Shown here: positions 38,501 to 47,690 of the stretch, piece by piece
Numbering within the stretch: the first letter of the stretch is position 1
Layout: each line of letters opens with the position of its first letter
Virus record (IMG/VR): IMGVR_UViG_3300031555_001876
From: a virus
Reading direction: 5' to 3' (one strand)
Length of the DNA: 55,230 bases
The notes under the pieces: model-generated
Told to the model about the DNA's origin: nothing
Database searches by the model: none
The model's input: only the letters and a program-made list of their open reading frames with translations
Position numbers and translations under genes: made by a program

Positions 38501-38800
38501 TTAATTAAAAAAATCATTATTTGATTTTTTATAAAAAATATTATATAATATATATGTAAGATAAGTCGGAATCTTACATATAAGACTGACACCCTTATTT
38601 TTTTCAGAATTATTTCTTTGCGAAACTATCAAGTTATGAGGTTCTTGATAGTATAATAAACTAAAAAACCTCTCTATTTTAGATAGAGAAATTCTTTATT
38701 GACAAATTTAAAAAAATATGATATAATATATATACAAAGTGAGAGAAAACCTCACTAATAAATAAAAATTTTAAAAATGAAAGGTTAAGGTGTTTATACT

Positions 38801-39217
38801 ATGGAAAAGGTTACTAAGCGTGCTCGTTTTGAAGAGGTTATTGACCTGGCTACTCTGGCACAGGAAAACGGTTTTGAGGGTTTTGATTTCGAGGGTATGA
38901 TTGCTTTCGCAACCAAGGAAATTGCTTCTCTGGATGCAAAGGCCGCAAAGGCAAAGGAACGTGCCGCTGAAAAGAAGGCTGAAGGCGACGCTCTGACTGA
39001 GGTTGTTCTGGATTGCCTGTCTGATGAATTCGAGGCTATCGCAGTTATCGCTGAACGCGTTGCCGCGCAGGAGGGTTATGAAGATGTAACCCTGGGTAAG
39101 GTTCAGTATCGTCTGGGTGCTCTGGCTCGTGATGGTAAGGCCACCAAGGGCGAGGTTGTTATCCCTGCTACTGAAACTTCCAAGAAGCGTACCATTTCTG
39201 GTTATGCAAGAGCCTAA
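38801..39217 (+). CDS. Hypothetical Ala/Glu/Lys-rich protein of 138 aa. It is GC-richer than its surroundings.
   Basis: Consensus promoter at 38702-38735 and ribosome binding site AAGGTG. A terminator hairpin lies at 39238-39285. Confidence 0.5.
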   Translation: MEKVTKRARFEEVIDLATLAQENGFEGFDFEGMIAFATKEIASLDAKAAKAKERAAEKKAEGDALTEVVLDCLSDEFEAIAVIAERVAAQEGYEDVTLGKVQYRLGALARDGKATKGEVVIPATETSKKRTISGYARA

Positions 39218-39500
39218 CACTGGCTTTTGATAATATATTTCTCTTTTTCTTAAAGTCTGGCTACAAAATTTTGTAGCCAGACTTTTTGTTCGGTTTTGCT
39301 CCGGCCGGCCACAATCAATACATCCGAGCGCAGGAATTAAAATATGGTTTAGAAATTTTTAGAACAAAAAGGTTGATTTTTAAAAAAAAATATATTATAA
39401 TATTATAAAGGAGTGGTATAATTTGAAAGTATCATTAAACTATTAGCATAAACACGATATTTTATCTAAAGCAGATGAAATTATAGTTCCATATAATAAA

Positions 39501-40220
39501 ATGGATAAACTTTTAGATATAGTTGAAAAATACCCTGATAAAGATATTGTAATGGATTTGCCAGAAGGAGTCGCATTGGACTGGCGCAATGTCGCTTCCT
39601 GCGCCGCGCAATTAAAAAATGGAGAATTATATATCAGAATGCATAAATTAGTTACTATATTAAATGTGGCTAAAGCAAAAGAATATAATTTAAAGTTTTT
39701 CTATTCTGAACCAGTGAAGACATTCTATGATATGTATGCATTGAAAAAACTAGGAGTGTCATATGTATACGTAGATGCACCTTTATTCTTCCAGATGGAT
39801 GAAGTAAAGAAAGTTGGTATTCCATTGCGCTTGGTGCCTAATCGCTGCTATGTGGCTGGAACAATTCCGAAGGCAGATGGACTACACGGATGCTGGGTAC
39901 GCCCTGAAAAATTAGATTTATATGAACCATATGCTGATATTGTAGAGTTTCATAATATAAGCGAAAAGCAAGAATTGGCTTTATATAAAGTTTATATTGA
40001 AGATAAAGCCTGGCCTGGCAGTATGAATATGATTTTCCACGGATTTAATCTTAATATGGATAATCGTTTGGTTTATGAAGGATTAGATGAAGCAAGATTA
40101 AACTGTGGACAAAAATGTGAAACCACTAAACCATATTGTCATTTATGCGACAAAGTAAAATTATTTGAAACTGTTGGACGAGAATGGGCCAATGAAGAAA
40201 TTAAAAAACAAGAAGAATAG
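39501..40220 (+). CDS. Hypothetical protein of 239 aa. It may start earlier, at TTG 39423, in which case it includes an in-frame TAG.
   Basis: ATG ORF. Upstream in frame, TTG 39423 follows AAAGGAG and a TAG lies at 39444. Confidence 0.5.
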   Translation: MDKLLDIVEKYPDKDIVMDLPEGVALDWRNVASCAAQLKNGELYIRMHKLVTILNVAKAKEYNLKFFYSEPVKTFYDMYALKKLGVSYVYVDAPLFFQMDEVKKVGIPLRLVPNRCYVAGTIPKADGLHGCWVRPEKLDLYEPYADIVEFHNISEKQELALYKVYIEDKAWPGSMNMIFHGFNLNMDNRLVYEGLDEARLNCGQKCETTKPYCHLCDKVKLFETVGREWANEEIKKQEE

Positions 40221-40288
40221 AATATTAATTGATTTTTTATATTTTATATGATATAATATACATATAAAATAAGAAATGAAGTGATAGA

Positions 40289-41299
40289 GTGGAAAAATTA
40301 AAGCCTAATGATAGAGCAACTTTAGAAGGTATTTTTAGTCTTACTCAAAAAGGACTTTTAAATACTATGGAAAATTATTTGCGCAATAAGTATAAAAATG
40401 TTGTAAGAACTAAAAGATATTTATATGCGGTTGGCACTATTCCGATAGGATTGGTTGCGCATTGCGATACGGTTTTTCCAAGACCCGCAGAAGATGTTTA
40501 TTATGATAATGAAAAGAATGTAATGTGGAGTCCATATGGCTTGGGTGCTGATGATAGAGCAGGTGTATGGGCGATGATTAAAATTATTCGTTCTGGCTTA
40601 CGGCCGCATATTATTCTTACTACCGACGAAGAAAAAGGAGCAATCGGCGCAGAAGCATTGATTAAAAACTGCCCTACTCCTTTTGCTGATATGAAGTATC
40701 TTATTCAACTTGACCGCAGAGGCGCAAATGATTGTGTATTTTATGATTGCTATAATGCTGATTTCGTAGAATATGTTGAATCATTCGGTTTTTGTGAAGC
40801 ATATGGAAGTTTTAGTGATATTAGTATGATTTGCCCAAATTGGAAAGTAGCAGGAGTTAATCTGTCTATTGGATATATAGATGAACATAGTTATAGTGAA
40901 ACTTTGTTTATTGGGCATATGAATAATACCATTAATAAAGTTATTAGAATGTTAAAAGATGCTCATAATTCTAAATACTATGAATATATTGAAAATCCTT
41001 ATGTATATGATTGGTATAAAGATTATCTAATGAGAAATGCGGCACATATTAAACCTAATCCTAATTCTAAAGTAGTTTGTAGTAAATGCGGCCAACCTTA
41101 TGATGATTATGATTTATTCCCCGTAAAGTTGGCTGATGGTACTACTGGATATGCTTGTCCTAATTGTATTTCTATGTTTGTTTGGTGTGAAAGATGCGGC
41201 GAAGCATATGAATTGACAGAAAATAGTGTAAGTGATATTCTTTGTCAAGATTGTGCAGATATTCTATTTGGGAAGGAACCAGTAAAAGTAAATGTATAA
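40289..41299 (+). CDS. Metallopeptidase-like protein with M28/M42-type HxD and DDxxG motifs and three C-terminal zinc ribbons.
   Basis: Motifs VAHCDTVF and GLGADDRAGV. The C-terminus carries CSKCG...CPNC...CERCG...CQDC. Confidence 0.45.
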   Translation: MEKLKPNDRATLEGIFSLTQKGLLNTMENYLRNKYKNVVRTKRYLYAVGTIPIGLVAHCDTVFPRPAEDVYYDNEKNVMWSPYGLGADDRAGVWAMIKIIRSGLRPHIILTTDEEKGAIGAEALIKNCPTPFADMKYLIQLDRRGANDCVFYDCYNADFVEYVESFGFCEAYGSFSDISMICPNWKVAGVNLSIGYIDEHSYSETLFIGHMNNTINKVIRMLKDAHNSKYYEYIENPYVYDWYKDYLMRNAAHIKPNPNSKVVCSKCGQPYDDYDLFPVKLADGTTGYACPNCISMFVWCERCGEAYELTENSVSDILCQDCADILFGKEPVKVNV

Positions 41300-42746
41300 T
41301 ATTAATGAGATTAAAGAAGACTTTATTAAAGTAATTAAATATTCTCAAAATATCGCAAATCCAAAAGTGGATAAGTTGTTTGATAAATGGTATGAATCTA
41401 AAAAGTATTTTATTAAAGCAATGGGCGGAAATCTTTGGTGTGAAACAGATGAAATTTGCACTTTTTCACTTTCTGAAGAAGAACGTGCTTCTCGAGTTCA
41501 TAGTTTTATTGATATGCTTGAAGATGTTTATAATCATTATGATTTAGCAGAATTTATTTTAGATAATATTAAAACTTTCTTTTCTAATGAAGTATCTTGT
41601 TTGCCGCGTATATGTGAGAATGAATGGTATATAGAACACCCTGAAAATAATCCTTATAAAGATATTAAACTTGGGATGAAACTTATTAAAGCATTTAAAT
41701 TCTTTGAACAAGATAAAGTAGTGCTTGAAACCATCCAAAATGAAGCCAGTCGTCTTATCCAAGAGGATAAGATTGAAGGTAAATTGCGCGTTTCGGTTCA
41801 TCCGCTCGACTTCTTGAGCGCAAGTGAGAATACTTACAATTGGCGTTCTTGTCACGCACTTGATGGAGAATATAGAGCAGGTAATTTATCTTATATGTGC
41901 GACCGCAGTACTGTAATGGTATATCTTTGCACTGAAGATAAAAAGAAATTGCCTCGTTTTCCTGCGTCTGTTCCTTGGTATAGTAAAAAATGGAGAATGT
42001 TGCTTCATTTTAGTGATAATTGGGATATGATATTTGCGGGACGGCAATATCCTTTCTTTTCTATGACCATTCTTGACACTTTTACAAAAAAACTTTTCCC
42101 TAAAACAAAAATGTATGATGCTACAGAAGACAAAAGAACTTACTGGAGTAAATGGAGTAATTATTATGTAAAGTCTGTTGAAGATAATGTAGCAGATGAA
42201 ATTCACGATCTTGACCAAAGATATGTGCCGATTGCAGGTAAATTAATTGCTTTAAAAGATTTAGTAAGCGATGGAGTAAATTCTCGGCATTATAATGATA
42301 TTATTTATTCATCTTGTTATGTACCCTATTATATTAAGCGCAGAGCGCGCAATTGGGGCGATGAATATGATAATGTATTTTTGCCTGAATTGGCTTTTCA
42401 TATTGGAGAGTCAGTATATTGTTTGTGTTGTGAAGAAGAGAAAATTTTAGGTTATGGACAAATGGGATGTCCAAAATGTACTGAACAAGATCCATATGCA
42501 CGAGATATGGAACATTATGTAACTTGTACTTGCTGTGGGGCTACTATATGCCTTGAAGATGCTTATCGTGTAAATGGCGATGAATATGTTTGTTATAGAT
42601 GCAGAGATAAAAATGGTTATTGGTGTCCTAGGTGTAATAATTATTATTTACCTACTCATATGAAATTTAACATTACACGAAATAAAGCGTATTGTTTGAG
42701 TTGTAATGAAGATATTGGATATTTTTTTGATGATGAAGAGGAGTAA
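41292..42746 (+). CDS. Large hypothetical protein with C-terminal multi-zinc-ribbons. It is a paralogue of the gene at 36713..38334.
   Basis: See 36713..38334. Confidence 0.55.
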   Translation: MYNINEIKEDFIKVIKYSQNIANPKVDKLFDKWYESKKYFIKAMGGNLWCETDEICTFSLSEEERASRVHSFIDMLEDVYNHYDLAEFILDNIKTFFSNEVSCLPRICENEWYIEHPENNPYKDIKLGMKLIKAFKFFEQDKVVLETIQNEASRLIQEDKIEGKLRVSVHPLDFLSASENTYNWRSCHALDGEYRAGNLSYMCDRSTVMVYLCTEDKKKLPRFPASVPWYSKKWRMLLHFSDNWDMIFAGRQYPFFSMTILDTFTKKLFPKTKMYDATEDKRTYWSKWSNYYVKSVEDNVADEIHDLDQRYVPIAGKLIALKDLVSDGVNSRHYNDIIYSSCYVPYYIKRRARNWGDEYDNVFLPELAFHIGESVYCLCCEEEKILGYGQMGCPKCTEQDPYARDMEHYVTCTCCGATICLEDAYRVNGDEYVCYRCRDKNGYWCPRCNNYYLPTHMKFNITRNKAYCLSCNEDIGYFFDDEEE

Positions 42747-42752
42747 TTAAAT

Positions 42753-43064
42753 ATGGCTGCTAAAGGCGCAGAAGCGAAAGAATATGTTGCGAAGAAACTG
42801 AAAGAAGCCTTCGGAGAAGATTATATTGGCGAAATCGATAAGAAGTATTATGTTTGGAGTAGAGAAGGCGGTCAGCGCTTGCAAATTGCTATTGCTATGA
42901 CCTGTCCTAAAACTCCTGTTGGAAATGTTGAATCTTCTTCTGGAACTTTTGATTGGGAAGGTTCTACTGTAAGTGCGGCTCCCGCATCCACTTTTAAGCC
43001 TGTTGATATTGATGATGCAGAAAGAGCAAAAGTGGCAGAACTTATGAAAAAATTGGGTCTATAA
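42753..43064 (+). CDS. Hypothetical protein of 103 aa.
   Basis: ATG ORF ending in TAA. Confidence 0.5.
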   Translation: MAAKGAEAKEYVAKKLKEAFGEDYIGEIDKKYYVWSREGGQRLQIAIAMTCPKTPVGNVESSSGTFDWEGSTVSAAPASTFKPVDIDDAERAKVAELMKKLGL

Positions 43065-43256
43065 TTGGGCAAAAGTTTTAATTATAAAGTAGTAATTTTT
43101 TATAACTAATAATCTTTATTTGATTTTTTATAAAAAATATTATATAATATATATGTAAGTTAAAGAGGTCTTTAAGGTATTGGCGCGCTGACCTCTTATA
43201 AAAAAAACGCACGCATACTGCGGTTAACCTTCCGTATCACCAAAAAGGTACTAAAT

Positions 43257-43338
43257 GCCGAATTGGTGGAATTGGTAGACACGTATGATTTAGGATCATA
43301 TGCTATGCGTAAGAGTTCGAGTCTCTTATTCGGCACCA
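43257..43338 (+). tRNA. tRNA-Leu (anticodon TAG), type II, with encoded CCA.
   Basis: Acceptor pair gccgaat/attcggc, anticodon stem tatga/tcata with loop tttagga, a long variable arm, and T-arm aagag-ttcgagt-ctctt. Confidence 0.7.
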
Positions 43339-43735
43339 AAAAATCATTATTTGATTTTTTATAAAAAATATTATATAATATATATGTAAGGTAAAGAAAA
43401 AAGAAAGTCCTCTTTATCTTCTAGTTAAAAAATCAAAATTTGATTTTTTAAAAAAAATATGGTATAATATTTATACAAAGTTTAAAAAATAATACTGAAA
43501 CAGTTCAGGTCCAATCGGCTAATTTGGTAAGTGAGGTAAATGAGGTTGGTTTGGGGCTTTACTCTCCCCTGTAAAACGCCTACGCTTTTAAAGTAATACT
43601 GAAAAATGTATTCGCCAAGTTTATAATATTATTTAAATAGTTTGGTAGTACCCAGAAAATGAGTGTTGAGCATTGGGAGATGGGTTAAAGGAACAAAAAG
43701 ACTCTATGAAGCAGACAACCTCGCCAAACAAATAC

Positions 43736-43810
43736 GGGAGACTAGCCTAGTGGTTCAGGCAGCGGACTGTTAATCCGCCTAGCAAGGTTCAATTCCTTGG
43801 TTTCCCGCCA
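43736..43810 (+). tRNA. tRNA-Asn (GTT).
   Basis: Acceptor pair gggagac/gtttccc, D-stem gcct/aggc, anticodon stem gcgga/tccgc with loop ctgttaa, T-arm caagg-ttcaatt-ccttg, then g and CCA. Confidence 0.7.
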
Positions 43811-43931
43811 TTAAGCCTTAACACGGATTTTGTAAGTTTAAACTACCACCGGTCTTGGATATCGATGCCGAGAATATGTGGCTTGCGGAAAAGGCTATAC
43901 AAAGAAGCGAAGTAAAACTTACATTTTATAT

Positions 43932-44007
43932 GGTGCTATAGTATAGAGGCTTATTATGCCGGACTGTCTCTCCGGTGACCGGGGTTCGATTCCCCGTAGC
44001 ATCGCCA
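43932..44007 (+). tRNA. tRNA-Asp (GTC), with an atypical D-arm.
   Basis: Anticodon stem ccgga/tccgg with loop ctgtctc, T-arm cgggg-ttcgatt-ccccg, acceptor pair ggtgcta/tagcatc, then g and CCA. Confidence 0.55.
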
Positions 44008-44603
44008 ATACGCAGATAGGATGGTTTTAAACTGCGTTCCCAAAGTTAAACTTAAAACCACTTTATATGCGCCGGTAGTTTAAAGAAAACGACTGCTGAG
44101 GCAGGGGATGTAGGTTAGGCTCCTTCGCGGCGCAGCCCAAGTGTGAAGTATATACGATGAACACTTATTTTTCCAATAGTGTCTAGTCCTGGTTGACCTC
44201 GACAAAATGGCAAAGACCGAGTTTGGGTTCAACTCCCATTTAGACTGCGCCAGAACGGGTCAAGGCAAAGAAATAAGATGCCCATTAGTTGAATAGAGTT
44301 TTCGGCATACTTTCTCGTGGCTTATACAAATTACAACATAAGCCAATAAAAAAGTATCGATAACCGCAAATGTTGGCGGTATAGAAATGGGAACCCTTAT
44401 GACTTGGAACGTAGGAGGAGAAACGTCCAGCACGCAGTTTTATCATCCTAACTGCTTTATCAACAAACGATGACCTATTTTAGGGAATCCAACCCAGTTT
44501 CTACGGTTAAGGAAGCAACTTAAAAATGGACAGTGATGCTGCTGAGGGGTCCGGAACCCTAAATGCTTTGTTCGCTTCGCTCACAAAGCGGAGAATTTAA
44601 TAT

Positions 44604-44689
44604 GGGTCAGTAGGAAAATTGGTAACCCCACGAGTCTGTAAAACTCGCGCCTAACGGCACTGTTAGTTCAAGTCTAACCTGGCCCACCA
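44604..44689 (+). tRNA. tRNA-Tyr (GTA), type II.
   Basis: Acceptor pair gggtcag/ctggccc, anticodon stem cgagt/actcg with loop ctgtaaa, a long variable arm, T-arm gttag-ttcaagt-ctaac, then a and CCA. Confidence 0.6.
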
Positions 44690-44994
44690 AATGGAAATAA
44701 CTGGAAAAGTGAAGTTATTAGGTAAAAGTAGATTGGTTGGGACTTTTACCAACCTGATTTAGAGTCTGGAATTTTTAATAAGTTAGTCAGAATTAAATGA
44801 GGAAACTTATTTATAAATTAAAATCTCTACTAAATCGGGCAAATTTTAAAAATTTTTTCTTGATTTTTTTAAAAAAATATGGTATAATATTTATAGAAAG
44901 TTAAGAAAGGAATTGATAAATATGTTTGATGATTTTATGATTCAGATTCAGTCCGATGAAATCGCTTCTATGATTAATTGGGAGGAGATTTTTG

Positions 44995-45162
44995 ATGAAG
45001 AAACAGAAATTTGATAAACGTATTTTGAAAAAGAGTCCAGAAGAATTGGAAGCCTATCTTCAATTCCAAAGACGAGGTTCTGTAGTAGAGAATAAGAAAG
45101 GTAAAGGTTCTTATAAACGAAAACCCAAGCACGCAAATCAGCAATATGATAGGTGTGCTTAA
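44995..45162 (+). CDS. Small basic protein of 55 aa embedded in the tRNA array.
   Basis: Ribosome binding site GGAGGAG precedes ATG 44995. The protein is Lys/Arg-rich. Confidence 0.4.
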   Translation: MKKQKFDKRILKKSPEELEAYLQFQRRGSVVENKKGKGSYKRKPKHANQQYDRCA

Positions 45163-45167
45163 TATAT

Positions 45168-45244
45168 GACGCTTTCTTCTAACTGGTTCAGGAAGCCGGC
45201 CTCTCAAGCCGGTAATGTGGGTTCGAATCCCGCAAGCGCCACCA
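45168..45244 (+). tRNA. tRNA-Glu (CTC)-like.
   Basis: Anticodon stem ccggc/gccgg with loop ctctcaa, T-arm gtggg-ttcgaat-cccgc, acceptor 3' strand aagcgcc, then a and CCA. The 5' acceptor strand has one mismatch. Confidence 0.5.
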
Positions 45245-45280
45245 GTCGACAAAAGACATATACAGCAAATTCCACTTGTT

Positions 45281-45356
45281 TTCACGGTTAGCCCAGTTGG
45301 TCTTAGAGCGCCTGCCCTGACCCGGTGGGAGGTCGATGGTTCGAGTCCATCACTAT
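45281..45356 (+). tRNA. tRNA-like gene of uncertain identity, possibly Val-GAC. No CCA is encoded.
   Basis: Canonical D-arm (ta-gccc-agttggtctta-gagc) and T-arm (gatgg-ttcgagt-ccatc). The anticodon stem is ambiguous. Confidence 0.35.
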
Positions 45357-45386
45357 GAGCAATAAGTTATGTCTTGTTATTAATAT

Positions 45387-45463
45387 GGTTCCGTAGACGA
45401 ACAGGTAAAGTTACTACCCTTTCAAGGTAGAGATTGTGGGTTCGAGCCCCACCGGAATCACCA
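45387..45463 (+). tRNA. tRNA-Glu (TTC).
   Basis: Acceptor pair ggttccg/cggaatc, anticodon stem ctacc/ggtag with loop ctttcaa, T-arm gtggg-ttcgagc-cccac, then a and CCA. Confidence 0.6.
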
Positions 45464-45545
45464 TTTAGGCTTGTCCGCCTATGCATTTTCATTTCCTTTC
45501 ATTGATATAGTCCTGGGTATGACTGAAACTGCCCTTTTTTAATAT

Positions 45546-45622
45546 GGCGGGGAGGACAAACGGTTAAGTCGCAGGCCCCATAAGCCTTGAGGAGTGGGTT
45601 CGACTCCCACCCGTCGCTACCA
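45546..45622 (+). tRNA. tRNA-Met/Ile2-like (CAT). The acceptor pairing is imperfect.
   Basis: D-arm gac-aaacggttaa-gtc, anticodon stem aggc/gcct with loop cccataa, and T-arm gtggg-ttcgact-cccac. Confidence 0.4.
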
Positions 45623-46238
45623 TTTAAAGGCAGAATTGATATTACAGCAAATCTTTTGGTTTCATATTTGGGTCAATCCCCGGATACGAGGTTCAAGTCC
45701 TTGATTTTCTGCCTTGAACAAGAAAATTTAATAGGTGTTTTAGACGGCGTTACTGCAATTTTATTACTAATAGAATTGTATTAAAAGAAAAAAATTTTAT
45801 TGTGTTTAAATAAAATTTTAGGTAAGTCGGCCGACTAATAAAGTTTTTAAAAAGAAGCCGTCTAGTAAGACTTCCAACAGGAGAACCAAGGACTATTGTA
45901 TGCGGGCCTTGGCTGGAAGAAAAGCCTATCCTTTCTTATATAGTTAAGTATATAAGGAAACAAAAACTATGTCCTGCTATCGAGAGTTTTTACATCCTGA
46001 CCCAAAGAATGGTTTGTTTTTTACTCGATAGTTTTTTTATATATACAATTGAATAAAGGAGGTATTTAAATGATTATCGGAGATATCGATGATTTTATTT
46101 TTGCAGATGAAGAAGCATATGTCAGTGAGAGATAATTGCTTTTTCATCAATTATCTTAATGCGCCGAGTCGTTAAAGCGATTCGCTGGTCCCAAGCCCAG
46201 AGTTCGGGTTAACCGAAAACCGCAGAGGGAGATAATAT

Positions 46239-46330
46239 GGAGAGGTACCCAAGGGGTCATAAGGGGGCGGTCTACTAAACCGCTAGCCGGAACATCCCGG
46301 GCGTGGGTTCGAATCCCACCCTCTCCGCCA
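46239..46330 (+). tRNA. Type II (long-arm) tRNA with anticodon loop CTACTAA. The anticodon reads ACT, so the call is Ser-like but unusual.
   Basis: Acceptor pair ggagagg/cctctcc is perfect. Anticodon stem gcggt/accgc, a 19-nt variable arm, T-arm gtggg-ttcgaat-cccac, then g and CCA. Confidence 0.55.
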
Positions 46331-46333
46331 TAT

Positions 46334-46408
46334 GGGGTTGTAGTTTAAAGGTAAAGCGGAGGACTTATAATCCTTTGTTGCTTGGTTCAAGTCCAGCCAG
46401 CCCTACCA
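46334..46408 (+). tRNA. tRNA-like gene with a TAT anticodon loop (cttataa), possibly Ile.
   Basis: Acceptor pair ggggttg/cagccct with two G-U pairs, T-loop ttcaagt, and CCA. Confidence 0.4.
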
Positions 46409-46493
46409 TCCTATAAGACGCACACAGCAATTTTATATATATTCATTCTTAACCTTTTAAATTAACGATATGATTATGGCGTCTTGATTTTAT

Positions 46494-46569
46494 GTTCCAG
46501 TAGCATAATGGATAGTGCATCGGATTTCTAATCCGAGTTGTCAGGGTTCGAGTCCTTGCTGGAACGCCA
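46494..46569 (+). tRNA. tRNA-Arg (TCT).
   Basis: Acceptor pair gttccag/ctggaac, anticodon stem tcgga/tccga with loop tttctaa, T-arm caggg-ttcgagt-ccttg, then g and CCA. Confidence 0.7.
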
Positions 46570-46592
46570 TTATATAAAAAAGGAGAATATAA

Positions 46593-46832
46593 ATGAAATT
46601 TACTAACGCAAAGTAGATTCAAGATTTTCTCGAAGCAGTTAATCAATGTAATAGTGAAGTATATTTAATCAGTCCAGAAGGAGATAGATTTAATTTAAAA
46701 TCTTCTTTATCTCAATATGTTGCTATTGGAGCATTATTAGGTGAACGTGGCGATTATTTAGAATTATTCTGCAATGACAGAGTTGATGAATCTTACTTAA
46801 TGAAATTTTTATATGAACACCCAGAGGTTTAA
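46593..46832 (+). CDS. Small protein of 79 aa with one in-frame TAG. It lies immediately upstream of the poly-Cys / radical SAM cassette.
   Basis: Ribosome binding site AAAAGGAGAATATAAATG. TAG at 46614-46616. A perfect palindromic terminator gtttaattaattatcttaattaattaaac lies at 46827-46858. Confidence 0.45.
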
Positions 46833-46976
46833 TTAATTATCTTAATTAATTAAACCTTTTTTCTATTTTATTTGACTTTTCTCTTTTTTTATTGTATAAT
46901 TTAATTGGGTATAATTGTGTAATAATAAAAATTTTATCTTGAAGATATATAGAATTATAAATGAAGAGGTGAGCAA

Positions 46977-47687
46977 ATGGCTTGTATAGATGATGCTTGC
47001 GCTGCAAGTTGCACTGGCGATTGTTTTACTACTTGTACTGGCGGATGTAGTGGTGGATGTTATACTGGATGTACAGGATGCGGAGGTAACTGTACTGGTA
47101 CTTGTGAATCTGATTGCGCAAAAGGATGTTCTTCTACTTGTAGTCCTGCAGGTGCTTGTTATTCAAACTGTGCGGTAGACTGTCAAGGTACTTGTAAGGG
47201 TACTTGTGATGGAAGTTGTACTGGCGGCTGTGATGGTAGTTGTTCAGGTGATTGTTGGGGTACTTGTACTGGCACTTGTAGTGGAGGTTGTAAAGGCTCT
47301 TGTACTGGCTGTTCTGGTACTTGTAAGAGTACTTGCGCGACTGGGTGCGCAGTAGGTTGTTCTACGACCGCAAATATAGAAACGTTTAATCAATTAGACG
47401 CATTAAGTATTTCAATAAGTGACTTAATGTATGCAAGTGAAATAGAAATTATTGAAAAATCTGCATTAAATGAATTAAAGAGACGTAGTATTACTACTAA
47501 TAATACTGATTTAACTGTTAATGCAGGGGATGAAATTCTTCGAACTATATTAGAGTCTATCTATAATAAGTTAATTGATTTGAATTATAGTCCAAATGCT
47601 AATGATAATAATCAAGATGCTACAAAAGCAGATGAAATAAACAGATATATTACTTTTATAAAAACAAAATATCAAGAGGAAGTTTAA
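46977..47687 (+). CDS. Poly-Cys protein A of 236 aa. About 35 Cys sit in C-x3-C tandem repeats with spacers rich in T, G, S and D. The C-terminal domain of about 100 aa has no Cys.
   Basis: Promoter ttgact...tataat at 46872-46905 and ribosome binding site GAGGTGAG. The repeats include CTGDC FTTC TGGC SGGC YTGC.... Confidence 0.7.
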   Translation: MACIDDACAASCTGDCFTTCTGGCSGGCYTGCTGCGGNCTGTCESDCAKGCSSTCSPAGACYSNCAVDCQGTCKGTCDGSCTGGCDGSCSGDCWGTCTGTCSGGCKGSCTGCSGTCKSTCATGCAVGCSTTANIETFNQLDALSISISDLMYASEIEIIEKSALNELKRRSITTNNTDLTVNAGDEILRTILESIYNKLIDLNYSPNANDNNQDATKADEINRYITFIKTKYQEEV

Positions 47688-47690
47688 TTA

